From positions 280,696 through 344,695 of the forward strand of contig PFAD01000008.1 in the NCBI GenBank assembly GCA_002773795.1: 64,000 nucleotides of DNA, read 5' to 3'. The notes under the pieces are model-generated. The model was not told where the DNA came from. It made no database searches and saw only the letters and a program-made list of their open reading frames with translations. Origin of the DNA: Chlamydiae bacterium CG10_big_fil_rev_8_21_14_0_10_42_34. GTDB taxonomy: Bacteria > Chlamydiota > Chlamydiia > Chlamydiales > SM23-39. The position numbers and the translations under genes were made by a program. Shown piece after piece: positions 48,054-57,621 of this stretch (positions are counted from its first letter, which is position 1; each line of letters starts with the position of its first letter).

Positions 48054-48073
48054 CCGCAGGAGCATTCCTGCGG
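48054..48073 (+). terminator. hairpin downstream of the 46141-48039 gene
   Basis: ccgcagga-gcat-tcctgcgg forms a perfect 8-bp stem. The T run is displaced about 20 nt downstream. Confidence 0.4.
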
Positions 48074-48080
48074 CGATCGA

Positions 48081-48197
48081 TTATAATTCGATTTTTTTAA
48101 ACATGTCATCTGTTAAAGAATTGCTTCTTGGACTCACCGATCTTCTTGCTTCTTGAATCAAGTTATCTGCCGCAGTTTTTGGATCGTGAGCTGCGTG
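48081..48197 (-). pseudogene. C-terminal fragment (38 codons plus stop) of a small ORF split by the IS element
   Basis: Manual translation gives HAAHDPKTAADNLIQEARRSVSPRSNSLTDDMFKKIEL*. It joins in frame with 49874-49990. Confidence 0.5.
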
Positions 48198-48258
48198 CCA
48201 TTTTTTATCCCTGACGCCGTAAAACCCAGTCCTTCAGGGCGGGGATATAAGCCGCCTC

Positions 48259-48678
48259 TTAAATTTCTGGGGATGCCTGTTGTTCAATGTACTGTTTGAT
48301 CACGTTCAAAGGCGCTCCTCCGCAAGCACCGGCAAAATAGCTCGGAGACCACAAACTTTTCCCCCACAAAGCTTTTTGAATGCTGGGATAGTTTTGTTTC
48401 CGCAGCAGCCGTGAAGATACCCCTTTGAGGCTGTTGACCAGTTTGGAAATACTGACCTTGGGCGGATACTCGACTAGTAAATGGACATGATCCATTTCTC
48501 CATCAAATTCCACTAGATTGGCTTCAAAATCGGAGCACACATCTTTGAGAATCGCTTTAAGATGTTCCAAGATCGCTTTTGTGAATACAGGACGACGATA
48601 TCTTGTTACAAAGACCAAATGCACGTGCATGAGAAAAACACATGTTCTTCCTCTTCTTAAATCAGTTGACAAATTCAT
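48259..48678 (-). CDS. tnpA: IS200/IS605 family Y1 (HUH) transposase
   Basis: 139 aa from MNLSTDL. HUH motif HVHLLV, catalytic Tyr region SPSYFAGACGGAPLNVIKQYIEQQ. The longer track ORF (to 48855) is an upstream extension overlapping tnpB. Confidence 0.9.
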   Translation of the reverse strand: MNLSTDLRRGRTCVFLMHVHLVFVTRYRRPVFTKAILEHLKAILKDVCSDFEANLVEFDGEMDHVHLLVEYPPKVSISKLVNSLKGVSSRLLRKQNYPSIQKALWGKSLWSPSYFAGACGGAPLNVIKQYIEQQASPEI

Positions 48679-48701
48679 AGACCAAACAATAGCATGGCTG
48701 C

Positions 48702-49823
48702 ATGTTTGTTCGAAAGGCATTTCAATTCCGACTCCATCCGACAAAAGCGCAAGCCAAGTTGTTACAGGCGCAATTAGATGAATGTCGATGGCTATACAAT
48801 GAACTGCTCTCGCAGAGGAAGATGGCTTACGAGGAATTAGACATGTCTCTCTCAAAGTATCAGCAACTTATGTTTTTGCCGATCCTCAAGGAAGAACGGA
48901 CCTCCTTAAAGACAGTACATTCTCAAGTATTGCAAAACATTGTCGATCGCTTGGATAAGTCATTTCAAGCGTTTTTTCGTAGATGCAAAACAGAAGAAAA
49001 GCCCGGGTTCCCCAGATTTCGTGGAATGCACCGTTACGACAGTTTTTGCTATCCACAGAGTGGATTTCTTGTGCTTGGCAAAGAAATCACTTTCTCTAAA
49101 GTCGGTCGGATTCGGATGAAGATGCATCGTCCCATTGAGGGAGAGGTCAAAACTTGCACGATTAAAAAGACACCCTCGGGGGCGTGGGACGTTACTCTTT
49201 CCTGCGAAGTCAAAATCACTCAATTAGAACCTTTGGCAGAAGCAATTGCAATAGATGTGGGACTTGAATCCTTTGCCACCTTGTCGAGTGGAGACAAGAT
49301 TGCAAACCCTCGATTTTTCAAAAAGGGAGAGAAGGCTCTTGCAAAAGCGCAGAGAAAGCTAAGTAAACTGCAAAAAGGCACTAAAGAGCGTCGCAAGACA
49401 GGGAAGGCTGTGGCTAAAATCCATGAACGGATTAAAAATCAGAGGAGGGATTTTTGTCACAAGCAATCTAGAAAAATTGTCGATCAATATCAATATATCT
49501 GCATAGAAGATCTGAACGTCAAAAAGATGATAGAAGGATCTCATTTTGCAAAAAGCATAGCGGATGCGAGCTGGAATCAGTTTCGTCAATTCCTCACCTA
49601 CAAAGCGGCAGAAGCTGGTAGGAAGTTGGGACTGGTGAACCCTGCATATACAAGCCAAATCTGCTCACAATGTGGACATTTGGAGCCGAAGAAATTAGCC
49701 GAAAGAGAGCACAAATGTTCCCAATGTGGGTATACGGCGCATAGGGATATCAACGCAGCACAAAATATTTTGGCCCTTGGATTGGATGGCCTGGGAGAAA
49801 TCCCTAGAAGCCTTCGCCTTTAG
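48702..49823 (+). CDS. tnpB: TnpB (IS605 OrfB-type RuvC-like, RNA-guided endonuclease family)
   Basis: 373 aa. RuvC triad candidates are AIDVGL (D), ICIEDLNV (E) and HRDINAAQNI (D). Zinc finger CSQCGH..CSQCGY. Confidence 0.9.
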   Translation: MFVRKAFQFRLHPTKAQAKLLQAQLDECRWLYNELLSQRKMAYEELDMSLSKYQQLMFLPILKEERTSLKTVHSQVLQNIVDRLDKSFQAFFRRCKTEEKPGFPRFRGMHRYDSFCYPQSGFLVLGKEITFSKVGRIRMKMHRPIEGEVKTCTIKKTPSGAWDVTLSCEVKITQLEPLAEAIAIDVGLESFATLSSGDKIANPRFFKKGEKALAKAQRKLSKLQKGTKERRKTGKAVAKIHERIKNQRRDFCHKQSRKIVDQYQYICIEDLNVKKMIEGSHFAKSIADASWNQFRQFLTYKAAEAGRKLGLVNPAYTSQICSQCGHLEPKKLAEREHKCSQCGYTAHRDINAAQNILALGLDGLGEIPRSLRL

Positions 49824-49873
49824 GCGAGGGAGCAGTCACGATACGAACATCCTTGAGGAAGTGTAGGTTCACT

Positions 49874-49990
49874 CCACTTGGTCTTGTAAAAAATTACCTC
49901 TGCCGCTTCAACGACTTTTTGGGTTAGAGGTTTTTTAGAAAGTATATGTTGGATCTGAAAAAATGGGTCCATACCATCATCAACAGACAT
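49874..49990 (-). pseudogene. N-terminal fragment (39 codons) of the small ORF split by the IS element
   Basis: AGGAGAGG RBS, then MSVDDGMDPFFQIQHILSKKPLTQKVVEAAEVIFYKTKW. The reading frame then runs into IS sequence and stops at 49820. Confidence 0.5.
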
Positions 49991-50035
49991 ACCTCTCCTT
50001 TCTATAGGAATTGCCATAATTATTTCCTTTTATAT

Positions 50036-50587
50036 TTAATTGCGATTTGCCTCTTGAGAGACTTTATTAATTAAGTGTGCTAAAACCAAACGAGGATCTT
50101 TCTGAACCATAGCGTTGCCTATCTCTTCAGAAGATTGAAAAACTAGATCACGCAAGCACCAAGGTGCCGCACGTCCAATTTCAGCATAGACTTCCTTCCT
50201 TTCAGCTTCTGAAAAATATTGCGCGAAATAGTTAATAATCTCATCGCTATTTTGCATCTGAGGAAGACGCCCTAAAAGCTCTTGATGCGGATTTGGCTGA
50301 TCGATCTCTTGGGGAAGTGGTTCTGCTGGACCTCTTAAAACAGCAGGCTCGCGATATGGCGGTTGATTTGGCAGAGATAAACCTTTAAAAAAAGTATAAA
50401 TCTTATCAAAAAGTAATAGAGCTAGATCCCTTAAAGCAAGAACTCCAAGCTCCACAAAACCTTTTTGCTTTTGAGGTGCAGGACTGATTGAGTCTCGTGG
50501 CCGCGCTCGCGGAAGAGCCCGACCTACATCAACAGGTGGGATAAAAGGGGGCGCTGCATGATCTACATTGCTTATTGGATCAATCAT
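50036..50587 (-). CDS. hypothetical Pro-rich protein
   Basis: 183 aa. Pro-rich N-terminal half (APPFIPPVD, NQPPYREPA, PEPLPQEIDQPNP) and one hydrophobic stretch. Confidence 0.45.
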   Translation of the reverse strand: MIDPISNVDHAAPPFIPPVDVGRALPRARPRDSISPAPQKQKGFVELGVLALRDLALLLFDKIYTFFKGLSLPNQPPYREPAVLRGPAEPLPQEIDQPNPHQELLGRLPQMQNSDEIINYFAQYFSEAERKEVYAEIGRAAPWCLRDLVFQSSEEIGNAMVQKDPRLVLAHLINKVSQEANRN

Positions 50588-50658
50588 AAAAATATCCTTT
50601 GGCCATATATGATAACTTCATCCATAATTCATTTCTTCTAGAAATAATTACTTGTACG

Positions 50659-51246
50659 ATGCAACTCATTTTAGGCTCAAGCTCACCTAGACGAAGAGAA
50701 ATTCTCAATTTTTTCTCCGTCCCCTTTCAACAGGCAAATCCCGACTTTGATGAAACCCAAGTCGTTTTTAATAAAGATCCAGTAGCTTTTGTCACGGAAG
50801 TGGCTAAAAGAAAAGCCCTTTGTCTTGTCGACAAATACCCCGAGGATGTCATTTTGACTGCAGACACCGTGGTCTTTAGAGAAAATCGGATTTTTTTAAA
50901 GCCAGAAAGCCTTGAAGAGGCCCACGCAATGCTCAAAGAGCTCTCGGGAAAAGAGCATCAAGTCTTCACAGGAATCTGTGTTATTAAAAAAAACAAGACG
51001 TTGATCGACAGCGAAGAGAGTCGTGTATTTTTTCACGAACTCACTGATTCTCAGATCCGTGCCTATCATAACCACTTTCTCCCTTTAGACAAAGCTGGCG
51101 GCTATGCAATTCAAAAAGGTGGAAGTCTCATTGTCAAAAGAATCGAAGGGTGCTATTACAACATCATGGGGCTGCCCATCCATACGGTGCGCAGTTTGCT
51201 TTTGAAAGTGGGGATCGATCTATGGGATTATCTAAAGTCCATCTAA
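50659..51246 (+). CDS. maf: Maf-like nucleoside triphosphate pyrophosphatase
   Basis: LILGSSSPRRREIL, GGYAIQ. The ATG at 50659 is preferred over the longer track ORF. Confidence 0.85.
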   Translation: MQLILGSSSPRRREILNFFSVPFQQANPDFDETQVVFNKDPVAFVTEVAKRKALCLVDKYPEDVILTADTVVFRENRIFLKPESLEEAHAMLKELSGKEHQVFTGICVIKKNKTLIDSEESRVFFHELTDSQIRAYHNHFLPLDKAGGYAIQKGGSLIVKRIEGCYYNIMGLPIHTVRSLLLKVGIDLWDYLKSI

Positions 51247-52901
51247 TTCTTTTATGCTCAGCGTCTTTGCTTTTCGCAGCCAATGAAGTCGAAGAGATTA
51301 AACTCCACTCACTATATCTCATGCAGCAAAACCAAATTGCAGAATCCATTGAAAAATACCGCGAATTTGCAGAAATATCGGGCAGGCATGACTTTGAAGC
51401 CTTGCAGCAAATGGGACTTATTTTGTTGCAAAAAGGGATACAAAGTGAAGATAGCCAAACCTTTATGATGACCCTTTTCGGGGCGGGACTCTCCGGCTCT
51501 GCGAATGCGCTTGAAATTTTAGAAAGGGGCGTATCTCACCCAGATCCTCAAGTACAACTCCTCTCTTTGCACTTTATCGCAAAGTTTGAAGATGATAGAG
51601 CCTCCGAGATCTTTCACCGTGCGATGAGCTCAGACTTTTTAGCCATTCGGATGGAGGCTGCTTTTTATATGGCGCAGAGAAAGCATCCCCATGCAGTGGG
51701 TCAAATTGAAGGACTCATGTATCGCCTCCCCCCCGCTTTCAAGCCCTACTTCCCCTCGCTCTTTGCTCTTCTAGGGACAAGCGATGCAACTCATACACTA
51801 AAAAGACTCATTGAAGATATTGACCCGCAAACGCGTATCGAATCGATCCTCAATGTAGCAAGACTTGGCAGAGACGATTTTCTTCCCCTTTTGAGAAAAC
51901 GACTTACGCACACCCACATCGCAGAACTTGAAGCAACAACTTTTGCCATTGGCGCTTTAAAAGATAGCAACTCAATCCCAAGACTTAAAAAGCTAACCGA
52001 TTCTCCAACTGACACCATCCGCATTGCAGCAGCGATTGCCCTTTTCCACCTCGGAGATCGGTCTCATGTTCCGATGATTGTAGAACTTGCTGAACAATCC
52101 AACCTTTTTGCCATCTCTGCGCTAGGGCCAATCTCTGGGACAGAAGAGACTCTTGCAGCCCTCATTAAGTCAGATGATTTTCAAGTGCGCCTCAATGCCG
52201 CAATTGCCCTTTTGCAAAGACGTGACAATAGATGTATCCCTGTGATCTCAGAAATGCTGATTGAAGATGCCCGTAATTTAGCCTTTCACCCATTTAACTC
52301 CCTGGGAAGAACTCTATCAGCTTTCAAAGCGGTCCCATCTGCTGAACTTCGAGCCAAAGATCCCACATTGAATCTGAGCTACTCTCTTGCTATTAGAGAG
52401 CATATGCTTCGCGAGACCATCCACTTACCCGAAGCTGATTTCCTTAAACTTGCTAAAAAAATCCTCACCTCTGGTCAAGGAGATCTCGTTCCAACCACCA
52501 TTGCTCTTTTAGAGAGTCTGCAGACAGACGGAGCCATCGAGGTTTTGAAAAATGGGGCTGAGAAAATCTCCTATCCTCTGATTCGGGACTACTGTCATCT
52601 AGCTCTATATCGTCTTAAGCAAGATGGCCCCTACGAGGAGTACGTCAATCATTGGATCATGAATCAAAAAGAGGCAGAGTTGATTCAGTTTCGACAGCTT
52701 TTGCCTTGGAAATACCGTCTTGAGCAATCGGACTACACGCTAAGTGCGGAAGAGACCTCTCGTCTTCTGATTGAAACGTATCTTTCTATCGCGAGTCGAA
52801 GGGATGAAAAAAGCATCGCGTTTATTCTCGAGGCCATTCAAAAAGGCAATCCCCAAAATCGGTACGCTCTCATGGGTCTACTCATGAAAGCCACTGAGTA
52901 G
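51222..52901 (+). CDS. secreted HEAT-repeat protein
   Basis: Signal-like N-terminus MGLSKVHLILLCSASLLFAANE. Repeated D.x.R..A..AL units (DPQVQLLSLHFI, DFLAIRMEAAFYM, DTIRIAAAIALFHLGD, DFQVRLNAAIALLQ). Confidence 0.65.
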   Translation: MGLSKVHLILLCSASLLFAANEVEEIKLHSLYLMQQNQIAESIEKYREFAEISGRHDFEALQQMGLILLQKGIQSEDSQTFMMTLFGAGLSGSANALEILERGVSHPDPQVQLLSLHFIAKFEDDRASEIFHRAMSSDFLAIRMEAAFYMAQRKHPHAVGQIEGLMYRLPPAFKPYFPSLFALLGTSDATHTLKRLIEDIDPQTRIESILNVARLGRDDFLPLLRKRLTHTHIAELEATTFAIGALKDSNSIPRLKKLTDSPTDTIRIAAAIALFHLGDRSHVPMIVELAEQSNLFAISALGPISGTEETLAALIKSDDFQVRLNAAIALLQRRDNRCIPVISEMLIEDARNLAFHPFNSLGRTLSAFKAVPSAELRAKDPTLNLSYSLAIREHMLRETIHLPEADFLKLAKKILTSGQGDLVPTTIALLESLQTDGAIEVLKNGAEKISYPLIRDYCHLALYRLKQDGPYEEYVNHWIMNQKEAELIQFRQLLPWKYRLEQSDYTLSAEETSRLLIETYLSIASRRDEKSIAFILEAIQKGNPQNRYALMGLLMKATE

Positions 52902-52907
52902 CCCACT

Positions 52908-55427
52908 TTATGGTTTATTCTTCAGAACCATTAGCCAATGCGAGGCCCACTTTCTAAGTTCGACTGCAAAAAATGCAATCAGAAAACAGATAGCAGGAAA
53001 GATCCACTGCTCGATTGTTAAAGGTACAGTATGAAAAATGCGAGGGAGCAAGTAGATGGCTATACATTGAAGTGAAACGCCAACTGCAAAGCCTACAAGA
53101 ATTAACGGATTTATAGTAAAGCTACTTCTGATGTTTTTGAAAAATGGTTCCAATTCTTTTTGCGCCTGAACACCATTTGCCCATTGAGAGACGACGACAG
53201 AGGTGAAAATAATGGTCGAGACCACTTCGAATGAATAGATATCTAAAAGATACACATATAAGAAAAATGTAAGCACTCCCATAATCAGTCCGAAATATAA
53301 AATGCGCCCGATTTGACTCATGTTAAAAAACTGCCTCTCCGGTTTCATCGGCTTTCGACTCATCACATCGCCCTCTTCTTTGATTAAAGCAAAGGTTTTA
53401 TCCAAAACCCCATCCGTCACGATGTTAATCCATAGAATCTGTATGGCTGAAAGAGGAAGCGGCAAGGATCCAAAAATTGAAAGCGAAATTAATATAATCT
53501 CTTGAGTGGACGTAGAGATAAGGTAGTAGATCACCTTTCTGATATTGTCTGATATCACCCTCGCATTTCTTATTGCTTCCGTAATAATTCTTAAATTATT
53601 ATCCGTAATCACCATTTTTGATGCACTTTTTGCCGCCTCAGTTCCTCCTCCCATAGAAATGCCAATATCAGCAGCCTTTAAAGCTGGGATATCATTCACT
53701 CCATCTCCAGTAACTGCAACAATATCCCCCACTCCTTGTAAAAGTTTTACAATTCTATATTTATGCTCTGGGATAATCCTTGCAAACACCGTTGTTTTTT
53801 TACATGCTTCAAGAAGATTTTCATCAGATAAAGTCTCTAGTTCCTTCCCGCTTAAAACAAGGTCACCCTCGTTCCAAATCCCCACTTCATGCGCAACAGC
53901 TCTTGCGGTCATCGGGTGATCTCCAGTAATCATCAACACGCGAATTCCTGCTTTTTTTGCAGAAGTAACAGCCTCTTTAACCCCTTTTTTTGCAGGATCA
54001 AAAAAACCAACCAAACCAACTATTTGCAGTTTCCACAAGTCAGGGTCTTCACTGGCAAAGGGTCCAATCCCAAATGCCAGAACGCGAAGACCCCGACTTA
54101 CTAGCAAATCAAATTCTGCATCAAGTTTTTCCAAATTTTGTTGATTGCTCGCCCTTTTTCGAAGTGATTCATAAGCACCTTTTACAAATAGTTGTTCGGC
54201 AGAGTCAGTTTTGTTTGCAGTTGCCATGAGAAGCTGTCTGGTATCAAAAGCATAGGTCCATTTTCTAGGAAACTGAAGCCGTAATTGGTCGTAATCTGTA
54301 ACCCAACCAGCAAGTGCAACTTCAAGAGGATCTCCCGTACCGCGATCTGAATCATTACAAAGGGCTGCAATGAGTTTAAGCTTTTCTACATCGTCACCAT
54401 AATGTTCTTTAACGATGAGTTTGCCTTCAGTAATTGTTCCCGTTTTATCCGACGCAATTACAGTCGCGCTCCCCAAAGTCTCTACGGAGGGAAGATATCT
54501 AACCAAGGCCTGTTTTTTACTTAATAAAACAGCTCCAACAACCATCACTAAAGTCATAACGATGGGGAGTCCTTCAGGGACAGCTGAAACTAAACTGACG
54601 AGCAAAACATAACTAAGATCTAAGACAGAACGACCCTGAAAAAACCCAATAATCCCCACAAAAGTGAAAAGAATAATTAGTAAAACTACATACCTTTTTG
54701 CGAAAAAACTGAGAGCTCGAATCAAAGGAGTTTGAGGAGATGCTTCCTTTGATTTTTCTGCAATTTTTGCAAAGTAGGTTTGATTGCCCGTCTTTACAAC
54801 GATCCCCTTACCCGTCCCTCTAACAATTACAGTTCCCGCAAGAAGCATATTAGACATTTCATATGCAAGGGCAGATTCGGCAACTGTTGCTGTGTGGTCC
54901 TTCATTACAGGCATTGACTCCCCAGTAAGTGAAGACTCATCAACCATAAGACCCCTTCCGTCGACAAGGCGAACATCGGAAGTAACTATTTCACCTTCAT
55001 GAAAAACTATTAAGTCACCAGGAACAAGCTCTGAAGAACTTATTAAGCCAAGCTGACCATCACGGACCACATTATTCTTGCTCTCGGTAAGTTTTTTTAA
55101 GGCGGCAATTGAGTTTTCTGCCTTAATTTCCTGCCAAAAACCAATAAGACCATTAAATAAGATGATAAAATTGATTACGAAAAAATCGGTCCATTCACCT
55201 ATTGACAAACTGATTAAAGAGGCGGCAAAAAGAATGTAAATTAATACATTATTAAACTGCCGTACGAACAGTTTTATTTTGCTGACTTTTTCCTCAGCAA
55301 TTACATTCTTTCCGTATTGAATCTTACGTTTTGCAACCTCTTCTGCGCTTAATCCATGAAGTGATGTTTCTAAGGATTTAAATGTTTGATCAATTGACGT
55401 GGAATGGAAAGGTCTTTCTTCAATCAT
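52908..55427 (-). CDS. P-type cation-transporting ATPase (type II, Ca2+/Mg2+-like)
   Basis: DKTGTIT phosphorylation site, MITGDH, TGDGVNDIPALK, and the N-terminal LSAEEVAKRKIQYGKNVI. The ATG at 55427 is preferred over the track start at 55571. Confidence 0.9.
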   Translation of the reverse strand: MIEERPFHSTSIDQTFKSLETSLHGLSAEEVAKRKIQYGKNVIAEEKVSKIKLFVRQFNNVLIYILFAASLISLSIGEWTDFFVINFIILFNGLIGFWQEIKAENSIAALKKLTESKNNVVRDGQLGLISSSELVPGDLIVFHEGEIVTSDVRLVDGRGLMVDESSLTGESMPVMKDHTATVAESALAYEMSNMLLAGTVIVRGTGKGIVVKTGNQTYFAKIAEKSKEASPQTPLIRALSFFAKRYVVLLIILFTFVGIIGFFQGRSVLDLSYVLLVSLVSAVPEGLPIVMTLVMVVGAVLLSKKQALVRYLPSVETLGSATVIASDKTGTITEGKLIVKEHYGDDVEKLKLIAALCNDSDRGTGDPLEVALAGWVTDYDQLRLQFPRKWTYAFDTRQLLMATANKTDSAEQLFVKGAYESLRKRASNQQNLEKLDAEFDLLVSRGLRVLAFGIGPFASEDPDLWKLQIVGLVGFFDPAKKGVKEAVTSAKKAGIRVLMITGDHPMTARAVAHEVGIWNEGDLVLSGKELETLSDENLLEACKKTTVFARIIPEHKYRIVKLLQGVGDIVAVTGDGVNDIPALKAADIGISMGGGTEAAKSASKMVITDNNLRIITEAIRNARVISDNIRKVIYYLISTSTQEIILISLSIFGSLPLPLSAIQILWINIVTDGVLDKTFALIKEEGDVMSRKPMKPERQFFNMSQIGRILYFGLIMGVLTFFLYVYLLDIYSFEVVSTIIFTSVVVSQWANGVQAQKELEPFFKNIRSSFTINPLILVGFAVGVSLQCIAIYLLPRIFHTVPLTIEQWIFPAICFLIAFFAVELRKWASHWLMVLKNKP

Positions 55428-55533
55428 GCTTGCTCTCTCAGTGCAACTCTTTTTTTTACCAACAACCAAATAGAAGTTAAAGACAAAAGAACAAAAACCC
55501 ATTTTGCCCCTCCCTAAATTCTTCATTTCTTGT

Positions 55534-57621
55534 ATGATTTCTCCTGTTATGAAATCGCTGCCCATATTCATTGCTGCTCTTTCTCTTTTTTCTGAAGAAG
55601 TTCAGGTCGATCTTCGAAATCCTGTCTATAAGCATGGAGTATTATACACCAACCAAGGAGGTGTGATTCAAAATGACGATATCCGAATCCAGGCGAAACA
55701 CATTCAGTACTTCCACAGGATGGAAGAGGGAAAGATGGTTCAAAAGATTGAAGCGGAAGGGGACCTTTTGATTCAATACAAAGACCATGTGTTTGTCGGC
55801 TCTGAGCTCGAGTTTGATTTTGGAAAAAAATCGGGCATTGTCTATGACGGGAAAACAGCATCGACCATGTGGTATGTCGGAGGAGACAAAATCCAACTCA
55901 ATGCCGATGGAAATTATCGGGTGACAAATGCCTTTGTCACAACGTGTGAAAACAAAGATAGCACCTGGGAATTTCGGGCAAAAAAAATCAATGTCATTAA
56001 AGATCAGCTCTTAGAGGCAAAAAAGGTCCGCTTTAAGTTCTTCAAAGCTCTTTCCCTTTGGCTCCCCTCATTTAAGATGAACCTGAAAAAATTTAAAGGG
56101 CCCGTTTTTCGCTACTATGTAAATTGGAATAAGGGACCCAAAGTGGGCTTTCGTTACCAGCTCTACTCTTGGCAAAATTTTGCCCTCTATGGAAGGCTTG
56201 AATACCGGTGGGCAAAAGGTTGGGGCGGGGCCATTGAGACAGAGTATTTGCCAACAGATCACCTAACTTCATTTGTCACGAGAAATTACGTTGGAACCGA
56301 TCGCCTTTTCAATGCAGAAAATGTCCACAGAAGATATCGCGTGCAAGGCGCCTTTCACTCTCAAAGTCGCAGCGGAAAGACTCATACGACACTGACTTGG
56401 GATAAATATAGCGATGTAAGGATGCCCGGGGACTTTAAAAGCGAAGACTTTGAGGTCAATACAGCTCTTCGGACAATTTTTCACATCCATCATATAGAAA
56501 AAGATATCGTCACCTATTTTAAAGTAAGACCCCGAGTCAACACATTTGAATCGATCAAACAAGATCTGCCGACAGGTTTTGTCCTAACACGCCCAATTGA
56601 AATTAAAAACACAGGGGTGATCTCTTCAAACTTCGTTAAAGCCTCCTACCTCAATTTCAAATATTCGGACAAACTTGTCACTACGTTGCAAGATTTCCAC
56701 TCTCCAAGAATAGAGATCTTTGAAAACCTATATCGTCCGATCCACATGGGACCGATCACAGTTACCCCCCATTTTGGGGGTAGGGCAATCCTTTATGGCA
56801 CGAGCCAAGATCATGAGACAAAATGTCTAGGTCTTTTGGACTATGGCGTAAGAGCCAATATGCATGGACGGCAACAATTTTCCCGATATAAGCACGTCAT
56901 TGAACCCTACATGCAATATTCTGCGCTGACCCGTCCCACAGTGAGCCCAGATTCTCATTACATTTTCTCCATTCAAGACGGGTATCAAAAAATTCAACAG
57001 GTTGAAATTGGAGTGCGCAATCTCCTTTTTTCAAACAGGCGCCCTCTCAAAGAGGCAAGTTTTACTGCAGATCTTTATGCCAATGCATTTTTCTCAGATC
57101 CTGTAATTCCTCAAATGATCCCACGGCTGTATCTGAAGATGAATTGGAAACTCCCCTCTGTCTTTTTTAGCTGGAACAACTGCTACAATTTCAGACATCA
57201 ATTAATGGACTTTTCCAATGCGTGGTTGAAGTGGACGGTTAACGAAAACGTCGCGATGTGTCTGGAGGGACGCTACCGCTCAAAATATGACTGGAGAAAA
57301 GCAGATCACGACAACTTCATCCTAGATGTATCTAGATCCGAAAATGAGCTACTCGAATCCCCTCTGTCGGATAGAAGAATTACGCTTCTCTCAAATGTCT
57401 TTATCCGCCTCAACCCATTTTGGGAGCTTAAGTTCGAATCGCATCATGGGTTTCATCGCCTTTACAAAAACCACATCAAAGAAAAACCTTACAATGAATT
57501 CAAAATCCATTTATATACATGGATTAGCTCGGCGTGGAAACTTGATCTCTACTACGGCTACACATTGAATAACCACTTCGATTGGGGTATTAACGTCCAA
57601 TTGATCAAGAAGAGTTTTTGA
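55534..57621 (+). CDS. lptD: LPS-assembly outer-membrane protein LptD/OstA
   Basis: Signal-like M(ISPVM)KSLPIFIAALSLFS, an OstA-N-like beta-jellyroll region (..AEGDLLIQYKDHVFVGSELEFDF..NAFVTTCENKDSTWEFRAKKI), and a long beta-barrel-like C-terminus ending in F. Confidence 0.7.
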   Translation: MISPVMKSLPIFIAALSLFSEEVQVDLRNPVYKHGVLYTNQGGVIQNDDIRIQAKHIQYFHRMEEGKMVQKIEAEGDLLIQYKDHVFVGSELEFDFGKKSGIVYDGKTASTMWYVGGDKIQLNADGNYRVTNAFVTTCENKDSTWEFRAKKINVIKDQLLEAKKVRFKFFKALSLWLPSFKMNLKKFKGPVFRYYVNWNKGPKVGFRYQLYSWQNFALYGRLEYRWAKGWGGAIETEYLPTDHLTSFVTRNYVGTDRLFNAENVHRRYRVQGAFHSQSRSGKTHTTLTWDKYSDVRMPGDFKSEDFEVNTALRTIFHIHHIEKDIVTYFKVRPRVNTFESIKQDLPTGFVLTRPIEIKNTGVISSNFVKASYLNFKYSDKLVTTLQDFHSPRIEIFENLYRPIHMGPITVTPHFGGRAILYGTSQDHETKCLGLLDYGVRANMHGRQQFSRYKHVIEPYMQYSALTRPTVSPDSHYIFSIQDGYQKIQQVEIGVRNLLFSNRRPLKEASFTADLYANAFFSDPVIPQMIPRLYLKMNWKLPSVFFSWNNCYNFRHQLMDFSNAWLKWTVNENVAMCLEGRYRSKYDWRKADHDNFILDVSRSENELLESPLSDRRITLLSNVFIRLNPFWELKFESHHGFHRLYKNHIKEKPYNEFKIHLYTWISSAWKLDLYYGYTLNNHFDWGINVQLIKKSF

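Larger units (their letters stand above)
48198..49876 (+). mobile_element. IS200/IS605-family insertion sequence (IS605-like, divergent tnpA/tnpB), ~1.68 kb, ends +/-3 nt
   Basis: Boundaries are inferred from the in-frame junction of the split host ORF (CCA at both junctions). Subterminal hairpins lie at 48237-48257 (ggcgg/ccgcc) and 49811-49830 (ccttcgcc/ggcgaggg). No inverted terminal repeats, as expected for this family. Confidence 0.8.

Noticed and set aside
48679-48855. 59-codon N-terminal extension of tnpA in the ORF track.
   Set aside because: IS200/IS605 TnpA proteins are about 130-150 aa. The family-conserved sequence starts near MNLSTDL, and the extension would overlap the tnpB start region.
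50599-51221. Upstream extensions of maf (50599-50658) and of the HEAT-repeat ORF (51150-51221).
   Set aside because: Maf homology starts at MQLILGSSSPRR. The HEAT protein gains a plausible signal peptide only from the ATG at 51222.
55428-55571. 48-codon upstream extension of the P-type ATPase, and the corresponding upstream extension of lptD (55504-55533).
   Set aside because: The conserved Cation_ATPase_N region begins after the Met at 55427. The extensions of the two divergent genes would overlap each other. Internal ATGs give normal N-termini.
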